NCBI RefSeq assembly: GCF_001194135.2
Contig: NC_068981.1
Span: 198,951,290-199,015,289, forward strand
From: Octopus bimaculoides
Taxonomy: Eukaryota
DNA: 64,000 nt
Reading direction: 5' to 3'
The notes beneath the pieces were generated by a model, which was given only the letters and a program-made list of their open reading frames with translations, did no database searches and had not been told where the DNA came from. This document shows, in pieces, positions 12,927 through 25,623 of this stretch. The translations under genes were made by a program, and so were the position numbers. The first letter of the stretch is position 1. Each line of letters opens with the position of its first letter.

Positions 12927-13160
12927 GCTTAAATAGTGGCCACTGATGGAGTCACATTGGATTGCAGATCCCCCAAGTTTTATAATTGTAATATCAAAAT
13001 TCATTAACAATAAATCAACTTTTGACAGTTCATCAATTTTTTAATATTTAAGAACTGGTTGTCTCAGTAATGTTACCCCAGTGGTGGGTGGTGGGATGGG
13101 AAGGTGGGAGCCATATTTGATTGTTATTAATTCTTCCAGACTTTCTGACATTTTTGTAAT
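12910..13160 (-). repeat. Right arm of the ~250-bp imperfect inverted repeat
   Basis: Shared blocks such as tcagaaagtct, gatgaactgtcaa, aattttgatatt, atcagtggccac and gtccatggaaaa. Confidence 0.75.
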
Positions 13161-13199
13161 TACAATAAATTAACATTTAGTGCCAATTATCTTTAATAT

Positions 13200-13480
13200 A
13201 AGCTTCACATAAACGAAGGCTCATTAATGAAACCTAGTCAATCCCAATATGAATCATCATAATTAAAGAAGCTTGCAACATATGTCGGAATATAAGTGAT
13301 AATTTCTCAATAGAATGGTATATCTGTGATGGCTCTCCCATTCCAAGATTTTCCTTCAGTCATTTAAAACAGTGTTTATTGAAGAAGACAGTCTTTTGGT
13401 AAGCGTTTTGGAGAAATAACTACTAATAACAAAACAGAAGTTATTTCTAGTTCCATAAATCTGTCTTTGTATTAAATTCC
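13200..13480 (+). mobile_element. Possible Penelope-like GIY-YIG endonuclease C-terminal remnant
   Basis: NFSIEWYICDGSP...CLLKK and NNKTEVIS resemble the PLE endonuclease tail (FSIKW.ILD...CL.EK...LNKRSELIS); heavily decayed. Confidence 0.4.
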
Positions 13481-14389
13481 AGATTTATCATTAATTCATA
13501 TTTTGGCACCAACATAAAAAAAATATTCCGAGTAAATCAAATATTTTGGCCCATCTTAACTTCTTTAAATAATCTATTATTGTCAGTTTCTTTTTTCTTT
13601 TGTCTTTTTTGGATGATGTCAGCTGACGAGTAATGAAAGCCAGTCTAGATTGTTTCAATAATTAAAATAGCTCGACAATAGATTACAGCCAGAAATACAG
13701 CAACATCACCAGTTTTTTTTTGTTTTTTTAAACTAATATGTAATAATTCCCAAAGTGGAAACTAATTAATAAATGAATAAGAAATATTGCTAAAATGAAA
13801 TGAAATGAAATGAAATAAATAAATAAAATTATCTCACTTTGAAAAATGCTTGTAAATCTATAGAAATAAGTGTATGGAAAGTCTTTAGAAATAAATGCAT
13901 TCATCAGCAAATAAGTTGATCTGTAATTTTCTATTGTAGCCAGGATACTTTGTCATTTCAACTACAAATGACTAACGATTTCACGAGAGACAGAAATGTT
14001 CTGATACCTTTGCTATCATTACCATCTATGAAGTATTTGTAGAGCAATGCTACCTTTTATATATGGGATACAATTGCAGTTGGGTGTGTGTGTGTGCATG
14101 TGTAAGATGAGCGTAGCACAGTGTAATGTTTTTAGTTCAAATCAGCATAAAACATATTGTAAATATATTTATTCATTCAAAATATAATTGCCATCATTAG
14201 CAATAATATATTCCCACTTTGAAACCAGATTTCTGATTCTTCAGACAAAAAAAAAAAAAAAAAAAAACCCTCTGAGAAGAGAATCCAAGAAAGACTGAAG
14301 CAAAATGATTGGAGAACCATTTTCCCATTCATTGACTGTGAATGGCTTTCCACTGGCAAAGTGTTGTTCTAGTGACCTAAAAAAGGGTG

Positions 14390-14765
14390 AGAAATGAATG
14401 CCCGTGCCAACAATAAACATTAGAAGCAGTGGTTATCACCAAATGAAAATCCAGTTCCATAACCAAATGAAATCTAAATGCAAAGAAGATTTTGCTGGGC
14501 ATTTGCTGGAATAAAACAGATATTGTTCACTTTGAATTATTGGAACAAGGCAAAAAGCATCATAGAAAATTTTGTCAACATCTTGAATGTGTCAATCAAG
14601 TTTTGTTCAAAAAACAACCAGCTCTAGTCAGCCGAAAGAGATCCATCTTGAAAGTCAACATTCAGAGAGGACAACCCAAAAAAGATGAACCCATTCTACT
14701 AGGAAACTCTACCTCACTGTCCCCTTACTCAGCAGACCGAGTGCCATCAGGTTTTCTGACGATGG
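14390..14765 (+). mobile_element. Mariner transposase remnant
   Basis: QWLSPNE, (M)LGICWNKTDIVHFELL, KKQPALVSRKR and SPYSADRVPSG match the mariner catalytic region. Confidence 0.85.
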
Positions 14766-16371
14766 TTCACCTGACCGAAACCTTAAAGTCCCTGTGAGCC
14801 ATTGGCTGCGGCATAGGCATTTTATCAGGCTTAGTTTCTCTCGTCATTTAACGTCCGCTTTCCATGCTGGCATGGGTTGGACCGTTTGACTGAGGACTGG
14901 CAAGCCAGAAGTTCTGCACCAGGCTCCAATCTGATCTGGCAGAGTTTCTACAGCTGGATGCCCTTCATAACGCCAACCCTATGGTTAGATACTCTTTCCA
15001 GTGACAGTCAAGTTTACAGAATGTACTGCATGCATTTTTGTGACACTAACACAACTGATGTTAAACAGTCGTTGGGGAACTCAGGACTAGACTGAGTGGT
15101 GAAGGGGTCCAATTCACAATTATGCTGCTTTAGAATCAATCATATGTTGCACCTTTGGGCAAGCACCTCTTCTACTACAGCTCGAAGAACAAAGGCTTGC
15201 GGGTAATTTTGGTAGGTAAAAACAGAAGTCTGTCATGTGTGTATGTCTCCTTGTTGAGGTGTCACATGCTGATTGTTATAAGAGCATCACTGTCATATTG
15301 TCTGTTGGCAATGTTCCATGAGAAAATATCTAGAGAGGGAAATATTACCTCGCTTGAAAACAAGTGAGGGTGGTGAGAGGAGGGGCATTCAGCCATAGGA
15401 AATCAATCTCAATAAACTCTGTCCAACCCATGCAAGCTGCAGAAATAGATGTGAAAACGATGAGGGGACACACACATGCATGCATACACATGTATGTATG
15501 TGTGTGTGTATTTAATCCCAGTTGTGAGGAAGAGTCCTTATGAGAGTCTTGTCCTGAAATCTTGATGAGAATGACACAGACAAGTTGCATTGTTGGAGCC
15601 TATTGTCAAACACAGAAAGTTTTGTTTTTATCATGAGTTCCTTATTTTCCCACAGAATAAGGGGATTTATTGAATAACATTTCTACAAGGAATTGACAAT
15701 ATTAATCCTTTCATCTCCAAATTTTAAAAGGTTTTCCTTGTCCCTGTATATCTACTAAATAGATGGATTTCTGGTGGCAGGAAGGAATGTATTTGATAAG
15801 GAAATATTTAATTGCTTCAGAGAACACACAGAGTACGTTGTTGGGTAGTGTTAACCTTTACGGAATAATTACAGAAAAAAATAGATTTTCTTTCAGAAAC
15901 TTTTCTACTGATATTATTGAACAGAGTATAGAATCAGAGTATGGAACAGTATGGAATCACCGATATTGGTGTCCAGCATTGTAGTGATGGAACAAAATGT
16001 AATTAGTAAGCAATTAATCAACAACTACCTTATATGTAGGTGATGAGAAAGGTGATTAGAACATTATAAAGTGTGTCAAAGATGACATTTATGAGGCCTT
16101 TAATTAATCTACCTACATCATCAAATATATGCAGGCTTAGAAATTAATACAATTAGCCACATATCTTCAGTAATTTTATCAGCTGTCAGAGGAAATCTAG
16201 AACCTTTACAGTGGATGAAATAATCAGCAATAGTTGTGGCTAATGATGGAGATACAGATTTGTCTAAAAACACATTTTGTAAAGTTCTGCAAATCCTACT
16301 TCTCTCAATATATAGCAATGGGTTTTCCCTCCAGAAAAATCATGGCTAAAATCATTATCTTAGAAAGCCGG

Positions 16372-16402
<31 letters not shown>

Positions 16403-17299
16403 TTCTTCTGTCCACTTTCTAATGTTGATACAGGTTAGATGAGTCATCATGATCAGAGTCAATGCTTATTTCAAGTCATTGCCCACCTAGCTAGGTTAGA
16501 AGATCATATCTCACTCACATGCCTAATTTCTTTGCTTGTTTTCTACAGCTGGATGCTCTTCCAAACACCAACCACTCTACAAAGGGTCCTGGCTGTATTT
16601 TATTCAGGCACTAACAACACCAATCGGACCTCTTCATCCATTCTGCTAATTCACCAATTTGACAAGAAAATAAATTAAGTTCTTATAAAATCTTAAATGA
16701 TAGAAAATTCGAATTTTGATGAAATACACGGCCAATTTTTAAATTTCAGGGGAACTGAATGGTCCACAGTAGATGACTGGAATGTAGCTACTCCATACTA
16801 TGTATATATAAGAAAAACAGGATTGAAATCCGTTCTCAACAGCCATTTAAGCTTACTGAAGTTACTTTTTATTGTTCTGATCAATTCATTTAAGTATTAG
16901 TACAGAAATGGTGATACAAAATGGTTTGTAGTAAGTTCTGTCAGTCACCACTGCCTCTCCTCTGACTTACTCTCAATTGACATTTACTCATCCCTTCCCT
17001 CACTCAAATCTGCTATGAATCCCTGCCACCCCTGTTCACCATTCACTCTGACCACCTCCACCCCATGTTTATATCCATCCCTCACTCTTCAATCGATCTT
17101 GAAATCTTTACTCACCATCCTCGAGTCTCCTGTCCTTAAGCTCTCTTCTATTCAGTTTCTTATCTCAGTCACCTTGAGGGTATATTCGGATGCTTCTTCA
17201 TCCTTACATTTACCTCTCTTTGAGGAACCATTTAAAATACAAAGCAGCCATGGTTTTTTATGTTTCAAGTAATTTTGCTTCAACACAATGGTGTGACCT

Positions 17300-17540
17300 G
17301 TATGGAGCTTGTGAGGACATGAAGTGTGCTGTTTCACATTCATGGCAAAAAGATGTGGGACACATATAATCCATGTCATAGTTGCCAGTATGTGTGGCAC
17401 ACAAGTAGGACACCCTATTTCACTACACTAGAATCAACAATCACTTCAAGAAAACCACATTTGTCACACACGACTTGAACTCAAAGAGTCACTAGCAATA
17501 CAATACACGTGTTGTTACAACAAGATATTATGACACTTGT
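17300..17540 (+). mobile_element. Possible Penelope-like endonuclease remnant
   Basis: LELKESLAIQ motif typical of the PLE GIY-YIG C-terminus; short and decayed. Confidence 0.3.
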
Positions 17541-18236
17541 AGCATTACTGTAACACCTACCTCATTTCTATAATATCTGAAATATTCACTAAACCATGGT
17601 AGTGTTACTACACCTATATCATTACACAACAATTCCTATATATATTGTACAGTAGTCTCAGAGAAACATCATACCAAACAAGAACCAAAACTGAACTGCT
17701 TTCCTACACATTACCTTCACCCCACCCCCTTCAGTATCCCCTGGGTGGACACTCATGCCCTTACCGCACCAATGTTGTCCATGCACTGAAACTAATAAAA
17801 AAAAAAAAACTACTCCCTTTTTCTCTACATTAAAAGCAACACCCTTCTACATACTTTCATACAACGCTGTATAAAATAAGGGTTTGTTCATCAAATACAA
17901 ATATTTATTATACCAAAAATACTGTGAAGCAACGGAAAGCAGCTTCAGTTGCTAGTTGAAACTTTTCTCATTTGCTGACCATTTTCAGATTGGCATTAAT
18001 GTCACATTTTATGGTTAGTCTTCTAGAATGTAGCCATTGATAAATGACAGTTTTCTTTTATCTCAGACTTTTCCAAAGAGTCAAGAAAACACAACATCAA
18101 CTGGAAAACGGTAAACTTAAAAAAGAGAAAAAAAAAAGTAGTTTGTTAATTTTGTAATGTTGCCTCAACATTGTCCTGATGTGATTGCAATATATTCCAA
18201 TCATAACTACTTCACCAGTTTTTTCGGTTCAGATAT

Positions 18237-18605
18237 ACTCTTTTACTTGTTTCAGTCATTTGACTGTGGCCATGCTGGAGCACCGCCTTTAGTCGAGCAA
18301 GTTGACCCCAGGACTTATTCTTTGTAAGCCTAGTACTTATTCTATCAGGCACTTTCACCGAACTGCTAAGTTACGGGGACATAAACACACCAGCATTGGT
18401 TGTCAAGCGATGTTGGGGGGACAAACACAGACACACAAACATATATACGACGGGCTTCTTTCAGTTTCTGTCTACCAAATCCACTCACAAGGCTTTGGTC
18501 AGCCTGAGGCTATAGTAGAAGACACTTGCCCAAGGTGCCACGCAGTGGGACTGAACCCGGAACCATGTGGTTGGTAAGCAAGCTACTTACCACACAGCTA
18601 CCTCT
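18237..18605 (-). mobile_element. tRNA-derived SINE family B, near full length (other copies about 22315-22480, 25860-26075, 26430-26810, 33020-33250, 52860-53175, 57040-57180, 63030-63395)
   Basis: Head gctgtgtggtaag...ggttcagtccc, body ggcaccttgggcaagtgtcttctactatagcc, tail gactgaaacaagtaaaag; recurrent across the window. Confidence 0.85.
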
Positions 18606-19149
18606 ACGCTTATGTAGCAACTAAACTAACATTATATTGTCCTAAGTATCCTTCTGTTTTTAAGACATAAAGATATGATTTCAATGATATTTGGCTGCTA
18701 TTTTTGTAGAGTGGCCAAGAACAGGTTCTTTTATTGACTCGATTGCAACATAGCTGTCTCCTATGATACAGTCTCTATCAGGTTGTACTAATAATAGATT
18801 TTGGACAATTTTTATTCTTAATAATTTCCATTTCAATTATTTTGTAGAAGCCAATTGAACATTTTGCAATCAGTTTCAATAACGACAACAATTATAAGAT
18901 TTCTTATAGAAAAACAAGAAAACTTGATTTCTTACACAAGAAATATTGTGGTTGATGATGATGATGAAATAATAAATATGGCCAAAATGTCATGAAGAAT
19001 TTACTTCACTGAACAATCTTTAACAAAATCTTATTGCTCCATTCATTCACTTTCTTATCCTTGTTATATATTATCATTTTAATGTCTACTTTTTCTCCAT
19101 TTTCTGCTCCTCCCCCCACCGTTCATCCACTCACATGGCCTTGGCTGGC

Positions 19150-19495
19150 CAGAGGCTATATGAGAAGACATTTTCCCAAGGAGTTTTCCGAGCTGCCCTA
19201 CCTTCGTAATCCCCATTAGACTCATCCAACTCTTTCCGAATCCTCTGCACTCTCCTCAGATTGACACCCAAACACTCTGAAATGTTCATATTGGAGCTTC
19301 TAGCATGAATGCCGAGCAGTACAGCATGTCGTTTCCAAATTTCTGGCAGACTGAATTGCAACATTGTGCCATTTTTCTTACAGATGGTGCCCAACTGGTC
19401 CTACTATACTGTGTAGTCAACAAATTCAAAAGCAAACAATGTGCATGCATGAAATTAAAATGATAAAACGGCGACAATTTGCTCATCACACCCTG
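19150..19495 (-). mobile_element. Truncated Tc1/mariner-superfamily element (maT-like), 5' end
   Basis: Terminus CAGGGTGTGATGAGCAAATTG, then helix-turn-helix-like EIWKRHAVLLGI...ISECLGVNLRRVQRIRKEL. Confidence 0.65.
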
Positions 19496-19793
19496 TTAAA
19501 TCCCCTCTACCTCTGCTCAATCTGACTTAATTGTTACAGATGAATTTGTAACAGAATTAGAAAAAAAAATTGTATGTGTGGAAGCAAAACCAGGAGTCAA
19601 AGGTCCTCAAAGTCAGCTTAGCAAAGACCAGAGTTTTAGTAAGCAAGAAACAGACAAGTCTTTCCTTCCATCAAAGAAATAGCCTTGCTTGATATGTGGA
19701 CAAAGAATAGGCAAATATTTCATATGGTGTAGACAGCGCAAAAAATGGCACAGTTGCATGCTGTCTTTCCACCTTTGTTAGCCACTCCGTCGG

Positions 19794-19920
19794 CAGGGGC
19801 GGACTGAGCCATCAGTCAACAGGGGCCCACACTCTACATGTTAACTATTAAAACACACATTCAAGGGGGCCCCGTAAACAATTATGCCCAAGTGCCCTTA
19901 ATACTTTCAATCCGCCCCTG
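19794..19920. mobile_element. hAT-type MITE, 127 bp
   Basis: TIR CAGGGGCGGA / TCCGCCCCTG; target-site duplication not clearly preserved. Confidence 0.6.
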
Positions 19921-19934
19921 CTTACCGGCCTGTT

Positions 19935-20560
19935 TCACAGCCCTCCCCAAAGTTCTTTACCTTCTTCCACATCTGGAATCAGTTCCTGGTGTTGGTCTTC
20001 CTCTATTTCCTCAAATAAACACCTTCTATTTGATTGGAACACTATCCTGTTTGAAACCTTTGCATCATATTTTTTCAATTCAGCCTTTTGTGTCAATTCC
20101 TTATGTACTCCTAGTTTTCCTCTTTCTTCTAACCTGTACTGTCCATTCAATTTTCTCATAACTTCCTTCTTCTTGAGTTCTCCTCTCATTATTCTATACA
20201 ATTGTCCCAGTTCTTTCCATGTCTTTTCCAGCTTCATTCGTATTCTCTTCTTCCAGTTTGGTTCTTTCTTTCCATTTGCTTTTATAGCTTCAGTTTTTTG
20301 CTTGTACCCTATTATGTTAGCAGCAGCTACGATTAGCTGGTTTGTTTCTCTGATGTTTTCTGTTTTAATCAAGCTTAAAATGTCATTTACTTTGTCTGTG
20401 GCTTTCCTCACTTGTTTTCTGTCCATACATCTTACATTTAGTGTTACTTCATTGTTCCCATCAGGCATTTTACCTTGCAACATTTCCAAAACGTCCTTCT
20501 CTTCACCATTCAAGTCTTGTGCAGTACTTCCTGTCACTTGTCCATCTAGATCATCTTCAT
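19935..20560 (-). mobile_element. R4/Dong-clade non-LTR retrotransposon, pre-RT region remnant
   Basis: KKEPNWKKRIRMKL, KKYDAKV..R.VFQSNRR.LF and PDVEEGKELWGG resemble the R4/Dong N-terminal domain. Confidence 0.75.
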
Positions 20561-23500
20561 CTGTTACTTCATCAGTATTCTCTGGTTTCCATCTGCGCTT
20601 TCCATCTATCTCATGTTCTTCATCTCTAACCCCTTCGTTACCGCTTTCTGCTTCTGTTCTTTTTTCTCTCTTACCTTTCTCTAAATTTCTTCAATCTCTG
20701 CTCTCCATAATCCAGTTGTTCCTACAGATTGCTCTTGCTTGGTCTGTCAGTCGGTGGGTAGATGCTTCAAAACCTCTTATTATTATTATTATTGTTGTTT
20801 TTATTATTATTCTGCCCTTTGCCCTTTGTGTGTTGCCAGTCATCACCTCCTCTCCTTTACTTTCCCTCCAATTCATATTTACTATGGGTCACCACTCCAC
20901 CATTCATTACATTCACTCCACCCCATTCCTACACTCCATTTCTAACCCTAACCCCTCTCTACAAACTCTTGTAATCTCTACTCGCCCACTTTCTCCTCAT
21001 CTTCACTTCCCACATCCCCCCCCTATTCAATTTCTGCACTTTGAGGCTATACTCTCTTCTGCTTTCTACCCCCATTACTCCCCCCACCCCCACCACTATT
21101 ACGTAATGCAAGGTGACCACGTGTCGCTTGTACACCAAGAAACCAGTGCCTGTTATTTTACTATCCTTTACTCTCTCAGCATCTAACCTAAAATCACCTC
21201 CCTCCCTCCCCCCTCCCTCTCAACTACACCACCATTCAGTTATGGAGGCTCCACAACCTTGCAAGGTAATGGTGACCTCACAAGAGCTGGTGCCCTGAAA
21301 GAAGCAAAACTCTCACTCTGTGAAGTGGGAGGTGTTAGGAAAGCCATCCAGTTGTACAAACACATGCCAGACCAGGACACACTCCCCTCACATCAGATCC
21401 TGTTGATCCGTCCAACCCAGGCCAGCAGGGAAGACAGGCATTACATGAGGAGGATGATAGTTTTATATAATTAGACCAGTTTGCATAAGTATTTTCTAAA
21501 ATCTCTAAATGGCTGTAAGTAATCACCAAAAATCTATATTGAAAGGTCATGCCCGTTGTCTCCTCCAGGGAAGTCCCGGCTTACAAGCAAGGGCAGAACG
21601 AAGAAATATCAAACATAGATATTAATAACAACATAGATTGGCAGAGAATTATGCATTTGGATAATAATGTTGCTTGTCTCAGAGTCGTTATTTCAGAACA
21701 GACATTTATAGAGAAACATTGAAATAATTAGTTCTAGAAACTGTGTCCTTCACATTCAGCAGAAGACATGCAAACAGTAACTCGAAACAACAATCACGTA
21801 ATATTTATTGCTAGTTCAGTGCCTTTTTGGGTTTTGTTTGTTTTTCCTTCTTTTTTTTTTTATTTGAGGATAATCCAGCTCAAGTAGTATTAACAATAAT
21901 CTGTTAAAAGGTCAAACAGTTTTGTGAAAAAGTGCCATGTGAGCTGAAGTAACTAACCTGAGGAAATAAATTATCAGCCTACAAACAAAAAAACAACAAA
22001 AAAAAAAGGCTAATGAAATATTGAAGTAGAACAATTCTAACAGGTTTTGAAATTGTAACACACACAGAACAACAACGACAACAACAAAATTTATTTTAAA
22101 ACTAAAACATTCTAGTTTATATTAATAAAGTTTAGTTGCATGTCCCAGAGGTTCCAAAGACATTTACTTGACAAATATGGCTTCCTCTTGAACAACCATA
22201 AAACTTGTTTCTGTAGGAAATGGTTAAACTGGATAAATTTCTATGGATGATATAGAGATAAGCTGAAAGACAACAGCTACTCTGTTGAAAGATGAACAAA
22301 AAACACTGAGATACCAAATGCTGTGTGCTAAGAAGCTTGCTTCCTAATCACATAGTTCTGGGTTCAATCCAACTGCATGGCACCTTGGGCAAATGTCTTC
22401 TACTGTAGCCTCGGCTTGACCAAAGCCTTGTGAGTAGATTTGGTGGACAGAAACTGAAATAAGCTCATCCTAAATACACACACACACACACGTGTTCATA
22501 TTTGGAGCGACTGCCCTCCTGCACAACCAGAGGACTACATTTCATTAGGCCATTTCTAACCCTGACCACTTAACAGAGTTGTGGTACCCACACCACAGAA
22601 ACAAGAGAAAAGACCCTGCCTTTCAACTCTATGATGTCTTCACTTGTCTGCCAACCAATGTACAGAGTGTCCTTGGTGCACTGGGTTGCTATGTACCCTG
22701 TAAAACTGCAGGGGATCATCACTGTTTTAGCTGACATCATTTGTTCAAGCCAGCACAGCCAATGTGGGAGGGATTAGAGAGGGGGAAATTAGAGAAGATA
22801 GGGTAGGAGGGAGAAATAGGAGTATGGTGGGGAAGGAGAAATGGCAGAGAAGCATATTAAGATGTAGAAAAGTCCGGGTGGAGAGAGAATCCTAAGGATG
22901 TCTTCCCCAGGACTAGGTTTAGCTACCTCAGAAATCCTTATAATTAGAACCTGCCAGGGTTTGTATCAACAACCAATTAACATAAATTAATTAACAGATG
23001 AAATGATGAGTGAAGACAAGGATCATAAGATCATCAATGTCACAGATAAGGGTCTCCTTCAGTTCAGTTGAAGCTTAAAAAGAACCATACCACCTCCTCA
23101 GGATCATCACTTGCCCTTTTCCATGTTGATCTATCAGTGGAAGCTTCTAAGTGGCAACTCCACATGCAAGTGATAGTAATTAAATCCTCTTAAAACACAC
23201 TCTACCAGAAGGACACATTAAACAATGACGTGTTAGATATATAAGGTCACAACTGAAAAACATTTCATCATAGGTGTGACCAGTTCAGGCTGACCTAGGG
23301 CTAAACAACGTCATATTACAGGCAGAATAGCAAAAGATGACATTAATGGCAGCACAGTTCCTGGACAGTTCCTGCACTTTAAACCAACTAAAATTCTTCA
23401 AATCAATGTGGAAATTTTATTTCTAGTTTCATATACACAAGTTTCTTATTTATTTCTTTTGATTTAATCTATCAGCCCAACGCTGCCAAAAGTTCTATAG

Positions 23501-25410
23501 ATGAAAGTCCAAAATTAAAATATGCAGACTGTGAGAAAGACAAAGATGCCAAGAGTACAAGAGTGTCTTGTGATTAAAAGAAGAGAATGGTGTAAATAAA
23601 CAATAATTGAATAGAAACAGAAATAAGCATTGATAAATAATAGACAATGAAATGTTTTACGTTTATAGTGGAAGGCCATACTGAAACATGAATTATAAAG
23701 AAGTCATTGGAAGGTGAAAGGTTAATTAGTAAACTGTTTAATAATCTGTAATTATGCAATTGTCTATTTAAGTAGACAGAAGTTTTGGGACAAGTAATTT
23801 GTGTTCACTTACCTATTTAAAATAGAAAATATTACTCGTAAAAGATAGAAAAACCCTGCAAATATTTGTAAAACAGAAGAGGACTGGTACAGAATTATAG
23901 GAAAAAAATCATTAGAAAATGCTTTATGATTCTCCATGTATTGAAGAAATGTTATGAAAGGGATCAATAGATATCTACACACACAAGCATATGAGTACAA
24001 ATACCTTCATACACACTTGTTCACATATATACACACACACAATCATTCACACAAACTCAAATACATACATATGTACACACATCTAAACACAGTGAAAAAC
24101 ATAATAAACTGGTTGATACTTGCGTCAAAATGATTAATTAATGGCTGAATTAGGGGGAAATATAAAATTCTAAATAAATAAAGGCAAAGGTGTGGCCATG
24201 AGGTTTGAGAAATTTGCTTTGTAACTAAGTGGCTGCAGGTTTGCCAGTGGACTGGTTGGCAGAAAATGTGCTCAAGGCAGTGAGCTGGCAGAAACGTTAG
24301 CACACCGGGCGAAATGCTTAGCGGTATTTTGTCTTCCACCCACTCCAATATAACGTCAGGTAACTGCACATCTATAGTAAGACACCTGTGCTTGTCCAGG
24401 GACCATCTTACTCTAGCTTAACATTCACCTGGCTTTAAGGCACCCCACTCTCTACTATAACCCCATGCAATTAAGGGCAGGGCATATCTTTGATTCAGGA
24501 GTTATTTGGCAAACTCACTAGTGCCAAGGGTATGACAAAAAAAAACAAAAACAAAAACCCACCAAAAGCACTCAATAAAGTGGTTAGCGTAAGGAAGGGC
24601 AGCCAGCCATAGAGACCACGCCCAAGCAAACACTGACCTCCAGTTCATTAGATTCTATGAAACCGTCCAACCTCTGCCAATATGGAAGATGGACGTTAAA
24701 CCTTTTCTATACCTAAGACCATGCCTGGTTTATATGATACAAACTCAACTGTTTTAATGTGATCTGAGTTAAAGCCTTCCATCAAAATTTCAAAATAATT
24801 TATGTTCTAAACACCAGCTTAACAATAACAAAAATATAATATTAAATTCTTCATTATTTTCAAAATTTATTGAAAGAATGGTAGTGCATGTCTACAGGAA
24901 TATGGTAACAAAACAGTTAAATGATGAGTATACACAAAAAACACACACACACACACACACATGCTGATAGGATGTAAAAAGCACACTCTGTAGAGTGGTT
25001 GGCATAAGGAAGGACATCCACTCATAGAACCGATGCCAAAACAGATAATTGGAGGCTAGACAGCGCCTGTCAAACTGTCCAACCCATGCTGGCATGGGTT
25101 GGACAGTTTGACCAGAGGTGGCCAGCTGGAAGGCTGCACCAGACTCCAGTCTGATTTGGCAAAGGTTTCTACAGTAGGATGCCCTTCCTAATGCCAACCA
25201 CTCTGGTATATATATATCATCATCATCCATGTTCTGTGCAATCATCATTGTTTCATGTCCAGGTTTCCAAGATACACCAAGACTGTCAAATACAAGGTTT
25301 CTTACCAGTTCAAATATGCTTGGGACATATTTGGACCCGTAAGAAAGCCATTCGCATTTCACTGTATTTTGAGTCACGGAGAAAATTTCTCCCCATAGAC
25401 AGTGGAAATA

Positions 25411-25623
25411 CAGTAATCCCTTACCATATCGTGGCATATCATTTAAGCTTATGTTGATTACTCTGTAGCGTTGTTTTGCATTTATAATGAAATATATATA
25501 TATATACAAATTATAAAAATAATTAAAAAAAATATACAGTAGAGTACTGTTTCTACTTTGTGGGTTTTCACCTATCGCAGAGGGTCTTGGAACATAACAC
25601 CTGCGACATAAGAGGGATTACTG
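25411..25623. mobile_element. pogo/Tigger-like MITE, 213 bp
   Basis: TIR CAGTAATCCCT / AGGGATTACTG flanked by TA on both sides. Confidence 0.75.

Noticed and set aside
20173-21186. 337-aa + strand ORF, the longest gap-free one
   Set aside because: Antisense shadow of the R4/Dong fragment plus pyrimidine-rich low-complexity sequence.
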